64,000 nt of DNA, taken from NCBI RefSeq assembly GCF_009914755.1, contig NC_060942.1; one strand, 5' to 3'. This DNA is from the human T2T-CHM13v2.0 reference genome, Homo sapiens. Positions 26,701-39,944 of the stretch are shown one piece after another; the first letter of the stretch is position 1; every line of letters starts with the position of its first letter. The position numbers and the translations under genes were made by a program. Below the pieces are notes generated by a model, which was given only the letters and a program-made list of their open reading frames with translations, had not been told where the DNA came from and did no database searches.

Positions 26701-28995
26701 AAATCAGATATTTATATAATGATATGAGCATTTCGTTCACTGTTATAAAGGCTTGGAAAAGTGGAAAACATATGTAAAGGAAAGGAGATCTGGTGGTTTC
26801 TAAATGACATAAATTGATTGTTTAAAAATTTTGAATAATTGCAGACAATAATGAAATGCTTATTCCTTTTAAAAATAAATTGTTAGTTATTTTATTTGGT
26901 CAATATAAATGTTCACATTACATTGAAATTTAAATTCTTTGAAATCAAAAATTATAGTAAGTAGGCATACTACTGATAATTACAATATTAAGAATTTGAA
27001 AAAAGAATATATTAATGCATATAATTTTACTTAATATTGTAACTACATCTAAAACATAAATATATATTACTAAATTTTCAAATATTTTATCTAAATAATG
27101 TCTTTCTTACAGATATATTAATTCAACAAATGAATTAATAGAGCTAAAATATAAATTGACATAATCTAAAGAAAACCTTTGCCACTCTATTTAGGTATTT
27201 TTTGTTGCTAAATATTTTATGTTTTTATATTTAATAGATTTATTAAATCCCTTTGGTAAACTTATTTTGAAATATTTTATTATAATTAGTTATTCAATTA
27301 AAATTGCATGTACCAAATTAGAATTGAAACAATATAAAATGTCTTTTACAGTATGCATTTTCCTAATTTATACTTTTCTTAATTTATACTTTCATATTTG
27401 AGAAATTACCTTTTGTGTTATGTATAAATGTTATAATACATATAGGTAAATTAATATGCCTGTACAATTTTAGGCATATATGTGTTTTTATTCATAGCAA
27501 TGCTAATATTTTAATTTTTTTGGAATTATAATATACTTAAAATTTTTCATATTTATTCTGTATATATTTTTCTCATATACTTAATGATGACAACTCTATT
27601 GTTCATATTACCTGATATACATGGTAAATACATGATAAATAAAAAATAAAACCCTGAACAAAGAAAAAAGTGCAAAGAAAGACATGCAAAGAAAGGTTGA
27701 TTCATTTATTCTAAGAAACTTGAGAAGTTTTAAATATCCTAACATAGGTGTAACTTCCCCCCAACACCAACAATCTGTATTACAGAGATGGAGAACTGTT
27801 CTCACAAATACGTGTTTTGAGAAAGTTCAGTACAAGTACACATCATGGTTTTAAAATTTTTAGAATATTTTCCTTATTTCCTATGTAAATATTTTCCTTA
27901 ATATTTTTAGAATATTTTCCTAGCAACATTTTGTCATGTACTTTTTGACCTATTGACTCATTAAAGATGATGCATGTAGTTTATAATATGCCTGATTATC
28001 ACAGTCTTACCTTTGTAACTTCAACTTCTAGAAGTTCTGTGAAAACTGAACAGCAAACTTCGTGTTGGACACATAAGGAAGAGTAGGAAAAACTTTCTTC
28101 TTTTTGCTTCACAGTCTTCTCAGCAAACTCTCGATGTGCCCCATTGCCCAGAGTTACAGACGCTTGTGCTTTTAGTACCACAACACTGTCAGTATGTCAC
28201 TGCTTACTCAATGCTATTTTGGGTTCTCTGAGTAGAGTCATAAACACTGAGCCTTTTGTGCAAAATATCATAAGGGCACTCTGACGCTCGTTCATAGTCT
28301 GGAATTAAAATGCAGACAGCTACGCAAGTAGTATGAGCTGATTATCTTTGTTTTTTTTTTTTTTTTCCCTAACAACAAGCAAAAACAAAATAAAGTACTT
28401 ATTGGCCTGAGTTGATAAAGGGAGAATTCAACTTACATACAAGAATTTTGCAAGTAGAGCGGACGTGCCCTCTGTTTGGGGATTAGCTGATGAAACAAAT
28501 GATCAATTTAAAGCAGACCCAAAACTTACTGAAAAGAGAAATGATTTTCCACTGTGTGTCTATGCCTCATGGCTGTTTCTTAATTCGGTCATTTCTCCTC
28601 AGAAATCAAGTAAAGACATAATGAGAGAGAAATGTCTAAACTTTAATAAGTCCTTTTCTTTTCCTTGGTTTATTATTATGTAAAATCTTTTATTTTATTC
28701 ATGGTTATAATTAGATTTTGATATAAGCTATTATTATTTAACATAAAATACATATGTATTTTCTATGCTGTTTACTCAAGCTGTTATTTACTTAAAAACC
28801 ATTTTTGAACCAAACTAGAGAAACATTAAAATATTAAAAGTTTCTTAAATTATACCTATATAATAAGAAAGTCTATGTGGGGCAGGATTATTCAAGCATC
28901 CTGTTAATTCTGATAGATATTTTGGTCACTATCCTCTTAGCTTTTGAGGAAAGAAATGGCAAAAGCTATATGGGCAGTAAAGTAGGACACTCAAG

Positions 28996-29086
28996 CACAC
29001 ACATATACACACATGCACATGTGCACACATGCATACACATACATGTGCACACACATACATATGCACACACACGCACAAATGCACAT
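28996..29086. repeat. (CA/TACA/TGCA)n low-complexity repeat
   Basis: Direct; alternating purine-pyrimidine. Confidence 0.9.
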
Positions 29087-29837
29087 CCTATGAGGTTGTG
29101 AATATTAGGAGGAATCAATAATTTATGAACAAATCTTGAAGAGATGAACCTGGGAGAATAGATCTGTGGATAGCAGGAACAGTATAATGTGGAAATATTT
29201 TATTTTTTCAGGTAGAAAAAAGCATTCAGCTAGAAAAAAACACTGCTAAGTGTTTCAAGATGTTAGTAAATCGGGAAAAAATAAATTTTACAAAGAACCT
29301 CTGAAGTATTCTTATACATTTCCCCCTTCATATTTTTTACAGTATCAAAAAAGGTGGAGATACCTGTTTAAAATATTTATTTACATAATTCACTGTTCTG
29401 TCTATGACCTAGTCTAGGATTTCTGTAAGAATCTAACATTTTATGAGATGCCAATTTATATCTTGATGTTTATAAAATATCCAGTTGCACTTAGGATTGA
29501 AACCACAGTTTAGAGCCTCAGTGTACCTGTAAACATGATGTCCCAAAGGCTTATTTTAGAGCCTAAGGGAGCAAAGGTGGGTCACAATTTGCTGCCCTGA
29601 TTATTACAGTACCAATAAAGAGCAATGGCAACTATAGAAACCACAGTGAGACAGGATTAAATTTTCTAAAGAAGGTACAGTGTAAAACTACATGTTTTAT
29701 GTAGAATATCATTAACAGCAAACTGATTTTATTAAATAGATAATCTATTATCAAACACGTACAGGAACTAGTTGCTGTAAATTACTTAAGAAATGCATGC
29801 CCTTTCTGGAAGAGGATATAAGATGAACAGCCGATAG

Positions 29838-30272
<435 letters not shown>

Positions 30273-31019
30273 TAACAAGAGAAATATATCTGACTAATTT
30301 TTCATATATGGGGGGGTAATACATAGTAAATGGAACATGACTGTGTAAGAACAGAAGCTCAAAATTAAATACACTACTATCCATATGTAAGTCAGAGTTA
30401 TCATACTCAGAGTTATCTGAGGTCCCCACAGCAGTAAACATGTGGCAGGATGGACAATTCCTGAAACACAAGTGATGTTTTATAGCTGCACAGTGACATT
30501 CTGGTCTATTTTCACATGCAGTCTGGGGGAATTTCACAGTTATCACCTGCCAGCAGGCTAAGGAACAGAGCTTGAAGTTGCAGAAGCCAGGATTGTATTG
30601 AGTTACTCTAAATAAAAATTTGAATTCAAGTATTATAATTCAGAGCCACCAATTTTTTAAACCAGATAATTAAGAAATATATATCTAATGACTAACCGCA
30701 GACAAGACTGGCTAATGAAGTTTGAATTTAACTGAACAGGCAGAAATGGAAAGTCAAACATTATGCAAGCTCTGATCTGTCCCTTGAAAATAGACATTTA
30801 ACCAGAAAGTTTAAGTCTACCTACTTTATATCATAGGCTATACATGTGCCTTCAATTAGAAATTTAGGCCTTGTCCAATCAGGTGTTGTCAGGATAGCAT
30901 AATCTAAGGACCACATCCTTCTCACATGGTCTGGAAGCATTTTAGTTCTTAAAAATATATTTAAGTTGTTTTGGGAAAAGCTTATAATATGTTAATACAA
31001 GAACATTTAAAACAGATAT

Positions 31020-31440
31020 TTACTGTATGCTATCACTATATCAATGAGAAATCTATTGACTAGCAAGCAGATAGCAAAATCAAACAAAATCAAATCCAAA
31101 AATGAATAGAATAATGAAGAAATTCAATGTATACATAGAGAAATAAAGTAGGGTTAAGGGTTAGTTGATCCAGTGGCTTCCTACTGCAATCAGTTATCTA
31201 GGTTCTTGGGCTCTGTTTGGTTCTCCAACTTTTCCTCAAGGCCCTCAAAAACACTGTCACTTTCGTCTTATTCATCAAAATGATCACTTGTCCATGCATG
31301 AACAAAGAATGGCAACAAGAAAAGCTTAAAGTAATTGTCATTCCTGAACCTGAGAGAAAGAGTTAGTTGATAGAAAAACAGATTCATTTCCCCAAATTAG
31401 AGTGGAGTGGTTGAATCTAGTTGATAACCAACTAGACGTC
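31020..31440 (-). mobile_element. Possible very old MLT1-type LTR relic
   Basis: gggttagttgatccagtggcttc...ctaggttcttgggctctg resembles MLT1K/L antisense. Confidence 0.35.
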
Positions 31441-31871
31441 CAGTGTTCACTTCAGATATTCATGTAAAATAGCTTTTAAAATGCTGAAAATAAAAATAAT
31501 AATTTTCTCCATGGATTGCCATTAAATGGCATTCTTTTCCAACAGTCCAATTTGCTGTGTTTTCCATTCTGTTTTTAACATTGAATATATATCACAATGA
31601 TAAATATGGGGAAATAAAAAAATGCACAATGATAGAACAAACAATAAACAAAATATTCACTAATCTATATACTTCTAACCATGCTAAAATACTTTGTATC
31701 AAAATTACACAAATTTTGCTCAGAGTAAAGAAATATTGTCTTGAATATGGCAACAATTTGTATGGTTTGAAGATTTATCTTTTAAATTCTAGTTACAGTA
31801 GCCACTTGTCTAATATAATAAAAAATTTTATTGTCATATATATGTCCTTATTTTCTTATTTTTGTATTCAT

Positions 31872-32187
<316 letters not shown>

Positions 32188-33271
32188 TGTTTTGTTTTTA
32201 TTTTCTTTTGTAAGAAGACTTTTCTCTGGAGCAGTATATTTAAGAAATATATATATGTATGTATATTTGCCAAGCCGCAACATAATCTCCATGACGGAAG
32301 AAATCCATTATAGTAATTAACAATGAATAAATGTATAAATAACAAAAAAGGCTCATTACAAGAATAATTTAGTAATTGTCAATATGCAAACAAACAACCC
32401 AAAATACTTAAATTCAGACATAAACGTGTAGAGGTATGTCAGCCTTGTTTTCTGTTTATATTACCAGAATTTATTAGAAACATCTCACCTAGGCACCAAC
32501 CTCTTTGAAACGGTAGATTAACTTTTACTTTTTCTTTCACCAGGACAATATTAATATGAACATTTAATTTCTGGAAGAGTTTCCATGTTTTTATAAAATT
32601 TTGGTTACTTCTTAAATTTATAGATCATGCACATCAGCATTATAAACATTCTCTCTGGCATCATTTAGAATTGTAATATTATAAAAGATGTGAAGTTATC
32701 TGTCATCTATCATCTCTCTAATCTATCTATGTATCTATCTATAGTCTATCATCACCTATTATGTTTATGCAATGTATTGTTCTACAAGTCATAATGATAC
32801 AAAGACAAGACTCTGACCAACCACTTATTTGACTACACATGGTTGACCAGCGTCTTGTGTTTCTATCATTATAATCCCTAGCCCAATGTATTACATAAAG
32901 TAAATTTTTATTTAATTAAATTTTTATTGAGACGAGAAATCACAGGGTTATTGTAATAATGTAAGGGAGTTACTTTGCATTGTTCTTGACAGATAACAAC
33001 TCCTGTATTTTTATTACTACTAAATAATAACTGCTATTGTTACTATGCTTAATGGTAATAATAAAGACAGTAGTAGTTGGTAGAAAGATGAAAATCATAT
33101 TTCCAATAAAATAGTAATTTAAATCAAAACAATAGATTTAAATAATATATTAAAATAATATATTTAAATTAAAATAATAGATTTAAATCAAAAGTAGAGA
33201 ATAATGCAATATTAATATATTAAATAAGCATAGTGTTTTAAACTATTTTTACTCCACATTATTGTAAAACT

Positions 33272-33368
33272 GTATGTATATGTGCATGTATATATATATA
33301 TATATATATATGCATATATTACACACCATGCTCCCACATATATATGTGTATATATACATATATATATC
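33272..33368. repeat. (TA)n/(TG)n microsatellites
   Basis: Direct. Confidence 0.85.
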
Positions 33369-33384
33369 TCACCAATCTTATTGA

Positions 33385-34840
33385 GCTTTTCTTCTAGTTT
33401 TAGAGTTTCAGGTCTACGTTTAAGTCTCTAATTAATTTTGAGTTGATTTTGTATAGTGTCTTAATTTTTCTGCATGTGGATATTTAGTTTTCTCATCATC
33501 ATTCATTGAAAAGACTATCTTACCCATTATGTGTTTTTGAAATCTTTGTTGAAATTCAATTAACTGTAAATGTGTGGACTAATTTCCGGGCTCTCTATTA
33601 TGCTCCATCAGTCTATGAGTCTGTGTTTATGCTAATACCATGCTGTTTTGATTACTGTAGCTTTATAGTAGACTTTGAGATCAGGTAGGATGATGCCTCC
33701 AGTTTTTCTCTTTTTTCTCAAGATTGATTTAATTATTCGGGGTCTTTTTTGGTTCCTTCCAAATTTGGGGGTTCTTTCAATTTATCTGAAAAACATATTT
33801 GAAATTCTAATACAGAATGCATTGAATCTGTAAATTACTTTGGGTAATATGAATATTTTAACAATATTAACTCTTCTCATCTATGAACATGGTGTTGGTC
33901 AACAGACATATGAAAAAAAAAATGCTCAATATTACCAATCATCTGGAAGATGCAAGTTAAAAGCTCAGTGAAATATTACCTCAGACTTAGATTGGGTTAG
34001 TTTAGATTGACCATGAAAAAATACAAAAGATAACAAGTGTTGGTGAGGATGTGGAGAAAGGGAACTTTGCACACTTTTGGTGTGAATGTAAATTAATTCA
34101 GTCATTATAGATTGCATTATGGAAGTTCCTCAAATAACTAAAAATAGAAATACCATATATTCAGCAAACCTAGTACTGTGTAAATAGCCAAATAAACAAC
34201 AAATCAGTATGTGGAGGAGACAGCTTCACTCCCATGCTCATTGCAAAATTATTCACAGTAATTAAGATATAGAAAAAAACCTAAGTGTCCATCAATGGAT
34301 GAAAGGATAAAGAACATGTGCTATATATACATAATGGGATAATATTTAAAACAAACAAAATCCTGTCAACATGGACAACATGTTTGCAACAACATGAATG
34401 AGCCTGGGGTATACTATGTTAAGTGAAATATGCCATGCACAGAATAAAAAATACCCTAAAATATCATTATATCACAGGATATAATGAGGAATCTAAAAAT
34501 ATGGAATCTAAAAACATCAAACTCAGAGGCAGCATAGAATGATGGCTATCAGAGGTTTGAGGTGGGGCAATTTGGGAGATGTTGGTCAATTTTTTTTTTT
34601 AAATTCAGTTACAAAGGTGGACTATCCCCAAGATATATATTACATGTTATGGTGACTATAGTTAAAAATAATATATTGTATATATTATTACAATTTTTAC
34701 ATTCTCACCACAAAAAAATAATAGGTATGTGAAGTAAGCATGTTGATTAGCTTGACTTAGTCATCTCACAATGCTTACATATATCAAAACATGCTGTATG
34801 CCATAGTTATACAATTTTTGACAAAAATGAATGAATAAAT
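33385..34840 (+). mobile_element. L1MA element with 5' inversion (antisense ORF2 33385-33892; sense 3' end 33893-34840)
   Basis: Antisense ttcaggtctacgtttaagtctc...ctatgaacatgg abuts sense tggtcaacagacatatgaaaa...L1MA 3'UTR. Confidence 0.85.
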
Positions 34841-35469
34841 TGGTTAATATAATACTCATACCTAATAAAAATAGCTAATATACGCTTCCCCCCAGAGAAA
34901 AGTTCAATATATTTTTACATATTACTTGGTTTCTCCTTTTGTTACATTTCACCATTTTACTAATACAAAAGATAGTTCACATCTGTACCATTTCGGCAAA
35001 TTTTATAGCACCATGAAATTGTCTTAAAGGCAGATTGAACTCTGCTAAAACTCAGTGTTGAGAAATTTAATTTGAACGAACCACTCTACCCTATTAGCCC
35101 CATCCTAGGGACATTTATCATGTCCAGGTTGTATACCTAAATTTAGTTTGGTGATAACTTTGGGATCTAGAGCTTGATAAGCAAATTTGAGATTATGTAT
35201 TTGTAACCAACTTCATTGAGGTAGCTGAAGTTCCCAAGCATTTCATCATTTGTTTTTGTTATCTAAAGCAAGACACATAAGAAAAATCTGTTATTATTAA
35301 TTGAAAAGAGATAAGAGGAGTAACTAAACTGTCAAATATCACTGCATTAATGCAATAACAATAGAGAAGAGGGAGCAACACAAAGAATAAGGAGGCCGGA
35401 AACAGATTTATGCATGTATGAGATATGAGACATGACAAAATTGGTGTTTCAAATAACTAGGGAATGGTT

Positions 35470-36211
35470 AGTAATAGGAAGAAACATTTTCTATACACAC
35501 AATTTCTTACACCAGATTTTTTCACAGCAACAACTAATTTTTTTCCAACTGAGGATACCAAATGAGGGTCCAAAAATTCCATTTAATTCTGACACTGTCT
35601 ACATGGAGTTAGCTTCAGACTCACAAGTAAAGGGCTCAGTCCCACACGACTGTCCCCACTTAAAACTGTAAATCACCAGTCCTGGGCGTCACATACATAT
35701 GACCAGCTTAGCTGCAAATCACAGATTACCACAACCCACTCTTCATGTTCAATAATTTGCTATCATGGCTCAAACAACTCAGGGAAACACTTTATTTACT
35801 ATTACTGGTTTATTAATGAATACAGATGAACAGCCAGAGGAACAGGTACATATAATGAACTATGGAAGGGTCTTGAGCACAGAAATTTCTGTTCCCTTGG
35901 AGTTTTAGGGTACCCCCATCCCAGCACATGGATGCAATCACCTGGAAGCTCTCTGAACCCCATCATTTACAGGGGTTTTATGAAGTTTCCACTATGTAAG
36001 CTTGATTGATAAAATCACTGACCATTGGTAATTGGACTCAATCTTCAGCCCTCCTTCATGCATCCTAGAAGATCTTTTGTAAGGAAGTCAGGACTGAGAC
36101 CAAATAGTATAACAAAAGAAGTTTTCGTCTTTATTAGTCAGGGAATTACAAGTGCTTAAGAAACTCTGTGTCAGAAAACTGGAGGGAAGATCAAATTTCT
36201 TATTATACCAT
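35470..36211 (-). mobile_element. MER21-family LTR
   Basis: ttaattctgacactgtctacatggagttagcttcagactcacaag...agggctcagtcccaca; tacagatgaacagccaga; cctggaagctctctgaaccc; atcaaatttcttattatacca. Confidence 0.85.
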
Positions 36212-36446
36212 AGTTTGGTCATTTAATAAATGATGTTTGAAAAAATTATGGTAGAACTCTATATGGAGAAAAATGCATTTAAATTTCTGCTTTATATAAT
36301 AGCAGAGAAAATTCAGGCAGATAACATTAAATGAAAATAAATAAAAGTGTGAAGAAAATATGAGTCCGCATTTTTAAAATACTGGATATGAGATATGATA
36401 TCTAGGACTGGCACAGATGACAGGTACTGTAAAGATAAGCAATGTT

Positions 36447-36602
36447 TTTTATTTGTCCTAATGCTATCCCTGCATGCGGGGCTTAAAACCTGGATGACAA
36501 GTTGATGGGTGCAGCAAACCACCACGGAACATGTATACTTATGAAACAAACCTGCAATGTCCTGTACATGTATCCCAGAACTTAAAGGAAAATAATAAAA
36601 AT
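36447..36602 (+). mobile_element. About 155-bp L1PA7/8-like 3' tip with a 22-bp inverted 5' piece
   Basis: gcatgcggggcttaaaacctggatgac...atcccagaacttaaag; 15-bp TSD aagataagcaatgtt (36432-36446) / aagacaagcaatgtt (36603-36617). Confidence 0.9.
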
Positions 36603-37292
36603 AAGACAAGCAATGTTACATTTTTTACTATATAGAAATTTAAAATGGCAAAATAAATAGAAACCATTAATTTAAAAGCCATGTCTGAAAAAAAAAAAAA
36701 ACATAATACACAGACCAGCCGAAATTACATCTGTCATCTATAATTACACCCAAATAAGAAAATCAGAAGAAAATAGTAGCAAAATTGAACAATGATCTCC
36801 AATAAACATATTAATACACCTTCAATACAAATTATAGTAATCTGAATTAAAAACAATAACTAGTAATTTTATTTCAAGTGTCTTCTAAAAATTACAAAGA
36901 TTGACAATATTTTTTGTTGCCAAGGGAGTAGATATACACTTCCATCATACTGGTGATAAAAAAGTTGTGGAAGACAATTTGACAGTAAAAATTTCACTAA
37001 ACTTTCCTGTAGAAATAAAATCTATTATAAACCCATATGTAAAAACACATTTATTACAGCATTTTATTAATATAGATGATCTAGTCACAATTAAAATACC
37101 TATCAATAAGGAAATGTAATATATGCATTTATGTTTTGTCCATAGTGTGGCAGCCTAAAATGCAAATAAAAAGACTGAGGTCATTCTATAGGCACAGTCA
37201 TGGAGGGCTACCTTAATAACAACTACATAATGGTATTTGATAAAATAACTCCAACTTTCAGTGGCTTATGTGGTGATTATTTTTAATGATAA

Positions 37293-37623
<331 letters not shown>

Positions 37624-38268
37624 TGGTGTTTAATGTTTTAGAAGGACTTCTTTAAGTGAACTGGCCCTAAGAGTACAAACTTTGGACTTGTTCCAGGATC
37701 TGGGTAACCCAGAGCAAACAACAAAAATTAAAAGGAAGCAAAACAAATCAATTTTAAAATACATTTTTAAAACTATAATGCCACTTACTTCCAATTAGTT
37801 TATTCTCTGTGATAAATGAAGAATTTTAAAAATAATTTAGCATATTAAAATTTACTGATGTTTTACTAATAATAAGAAGGCAAGTAAATAAGCCCTTCAA
37901 TCACTGTACTTTTCCTTTCATTGTCTTGTCTACTATATATGAGAAATTATTTAAGTTTCCCTTAATATTTTATTACCTCATGGACATAAAGAAAGGCAGG
38001 AATTCATAGTCCTTAAATCTATCTTGGGCATTGCTACATTCAGCTGGGCTTTCTAAGGTAGTTTGGTGCTATATGACTTGCTAGTCATCAGAAAGCTAGC
38101 TTAGAGCTGCCATACAGTACAAATCTGTTTTTTTGAATGCATATATTTCTATCTTACAAATACAAAATAGGATAAAGTTATTTGCATATCTGTAAGAGAG
38201 GGTATTAAAATTGATAACCAAAAACTATAAATCTATATATTTTGCAGACAATATTAAAGTGAAAATTT

Positions 38269-38567
38269 GGCCAGTCGTGGTGGCTCACACCTGCAATCCC
38301 AGCACTTTGGGAGGCCAAGGCGAGTGGATCACCTGAGGTCAGGAGTTCAAGACAAGCCTGGCCAAGATGGTGAAACTCCGTCTCTACTAAAAATACAAAA
38401 ATTAGCTGGGCGTGGTGGCGGGCACCTGTAATCCCAGCTATCTGGGAGGCAGAGGCAGAGAATTGCTTGAACCCAGGAGGTGGAGGTTGCAGTGAGCCAA
38501 GATCACGCTACTGCACTCCAGCCTAGGCAACAGAGTAAGACTGCGTCTCAAAAAAAAAAAAAAAAAA
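38269..38567 (+). mobile_element. AluS (Sx-like)
   Basis: Full dimer; ggatcacctgaggtcaggagttc; A-tail. Confidence 0.93.
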
Positions 38568-39194
38568 TTCAAGGGTAACAACTCCCAGTGTTGAGCTGAC
38601 CCACACAGGCATTATAAAGATTGGTTTCACTTAAAACCATTTTCATATTATCCTTGTATCTGGATAAATCCTAACAACGTAATAGTGTTTTGGAGTAGAT
38701 CATACCTCAAAAAAATTAATTTTCATATAATAAAATGTGATTTTCTCATTTTATATAAAGAAAAAATTATGAGAGAGAAATAAAGAACTGTCTTGAAATT
38801 GGTTCATGTAGAAAACATACGTTTTCTAGCAAGCTATTTTATAAATGTCAATGGTCTTATGAAGCTAGCAAAATGCATTAATAGAAATACATTGAACTCA
38901 AATTCCTTAGATGTAAGAAGATGTAGAAGGGTTACCACGTAAAGAGAAGTTAGACTTCCTTTATATTTTCCTATTTTTCTGTCTTGCCATGAATAATTTT
39001 TTGGGAGGACCTGATCACTATTCTTTTCATCAACAGATATTAGCTCTCAGCAGCCATGATTGGGATGTGTAAAACCTATGCTTAGCCATAGCTGATGGAA
39101 TTAAGAGTTTGACTTTGGCCTCAAATTGTGTCACTCACTTTTCTCTCTATTAAATTATGAGTTGAATGTGTTAAAACCTAAGTAATAGACAATA

Positions 39195-39387
39195 TTTTAT
39201 AAAGTTTTGCATATTCTATCTCATTTAAACAACTACCAATACCCAGGAAGGTATTCATTTCTTCTTCTTATTTTATAAATGTGGAAAGTGAAATTCAGTG
39301 AAGTTAAATAACTTTTCCCAGGGCCCTAAATCTGAACACTCTGTTTCTCTATATCCAAAACACTTATCTTTTCAGCAGTATCATACC
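39195..39387 (-). mobile_element. MIR SINE
   Basis: attttataaatgtggaaagtgaaattcagtgaagttaaataacttttcccaggg. Confidence 0.75.
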
Positions 39388-39944
39388 AAAGCTTTACAGA
39401 AGGTTGTCAGAGCCAGCTGGCTTGTTTACTGCTTATTGAAACATCCTGTTTAAAAACATGTCAGCAGTTATTTTGAGTACAAAATGTAAGCATCTTCTCA
39501 ATGAATGAAAATTTAAAAACTGATTCTTGTGGCTGTTTTTAAATTGAAATAATACTTAAGGGAGAAGAGCAAATGTGACATATATAGATATCACACACAA
39601 CCATGTATAAATTACCTACCAAATGGCCTTAAAACTTAAATGAATATATTGTCTTAATTATTAGTTACATATAATTTAAATCCCCTAAAATTAATTTGAC
39701 CAAAATGCATTATCTAATTGTCATTTGATAAAAAACATTTAACTACCAATCAAATACAATACTCAACATTATTTATATTTTCATTATGTTTTTAGCATTA
39801 TTATAATTATTTTTCTTGACCCTAGAAAATTACCATTTAAAAGAGAAGAAAATTTCCTAATGCATTATAGCACTATAGCAATTCCAGTATTGGAGCCAAC
39901 TTATTAACTCACTAATGTAATTAAAATAAATTACCTTTTTTACC

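Larger units (their letters stand above)
35345..37200 (+). mobile_element. Ancient L1ME-like fragments, interrupted by MER21 and a short L1PA
   Basis: atgacaaaattggtgtttcaaataactaggga...catttaataaatgatgttt; tactggtgataaa...ggaagacaatttgacagt. Confidence 0.55.

Noticed and set aside
27999-28181. 60-aa minus ORF as a coding exon
   Set aside because: No recognisable homology and a GTG start; kept only as a possible non-coding exon.
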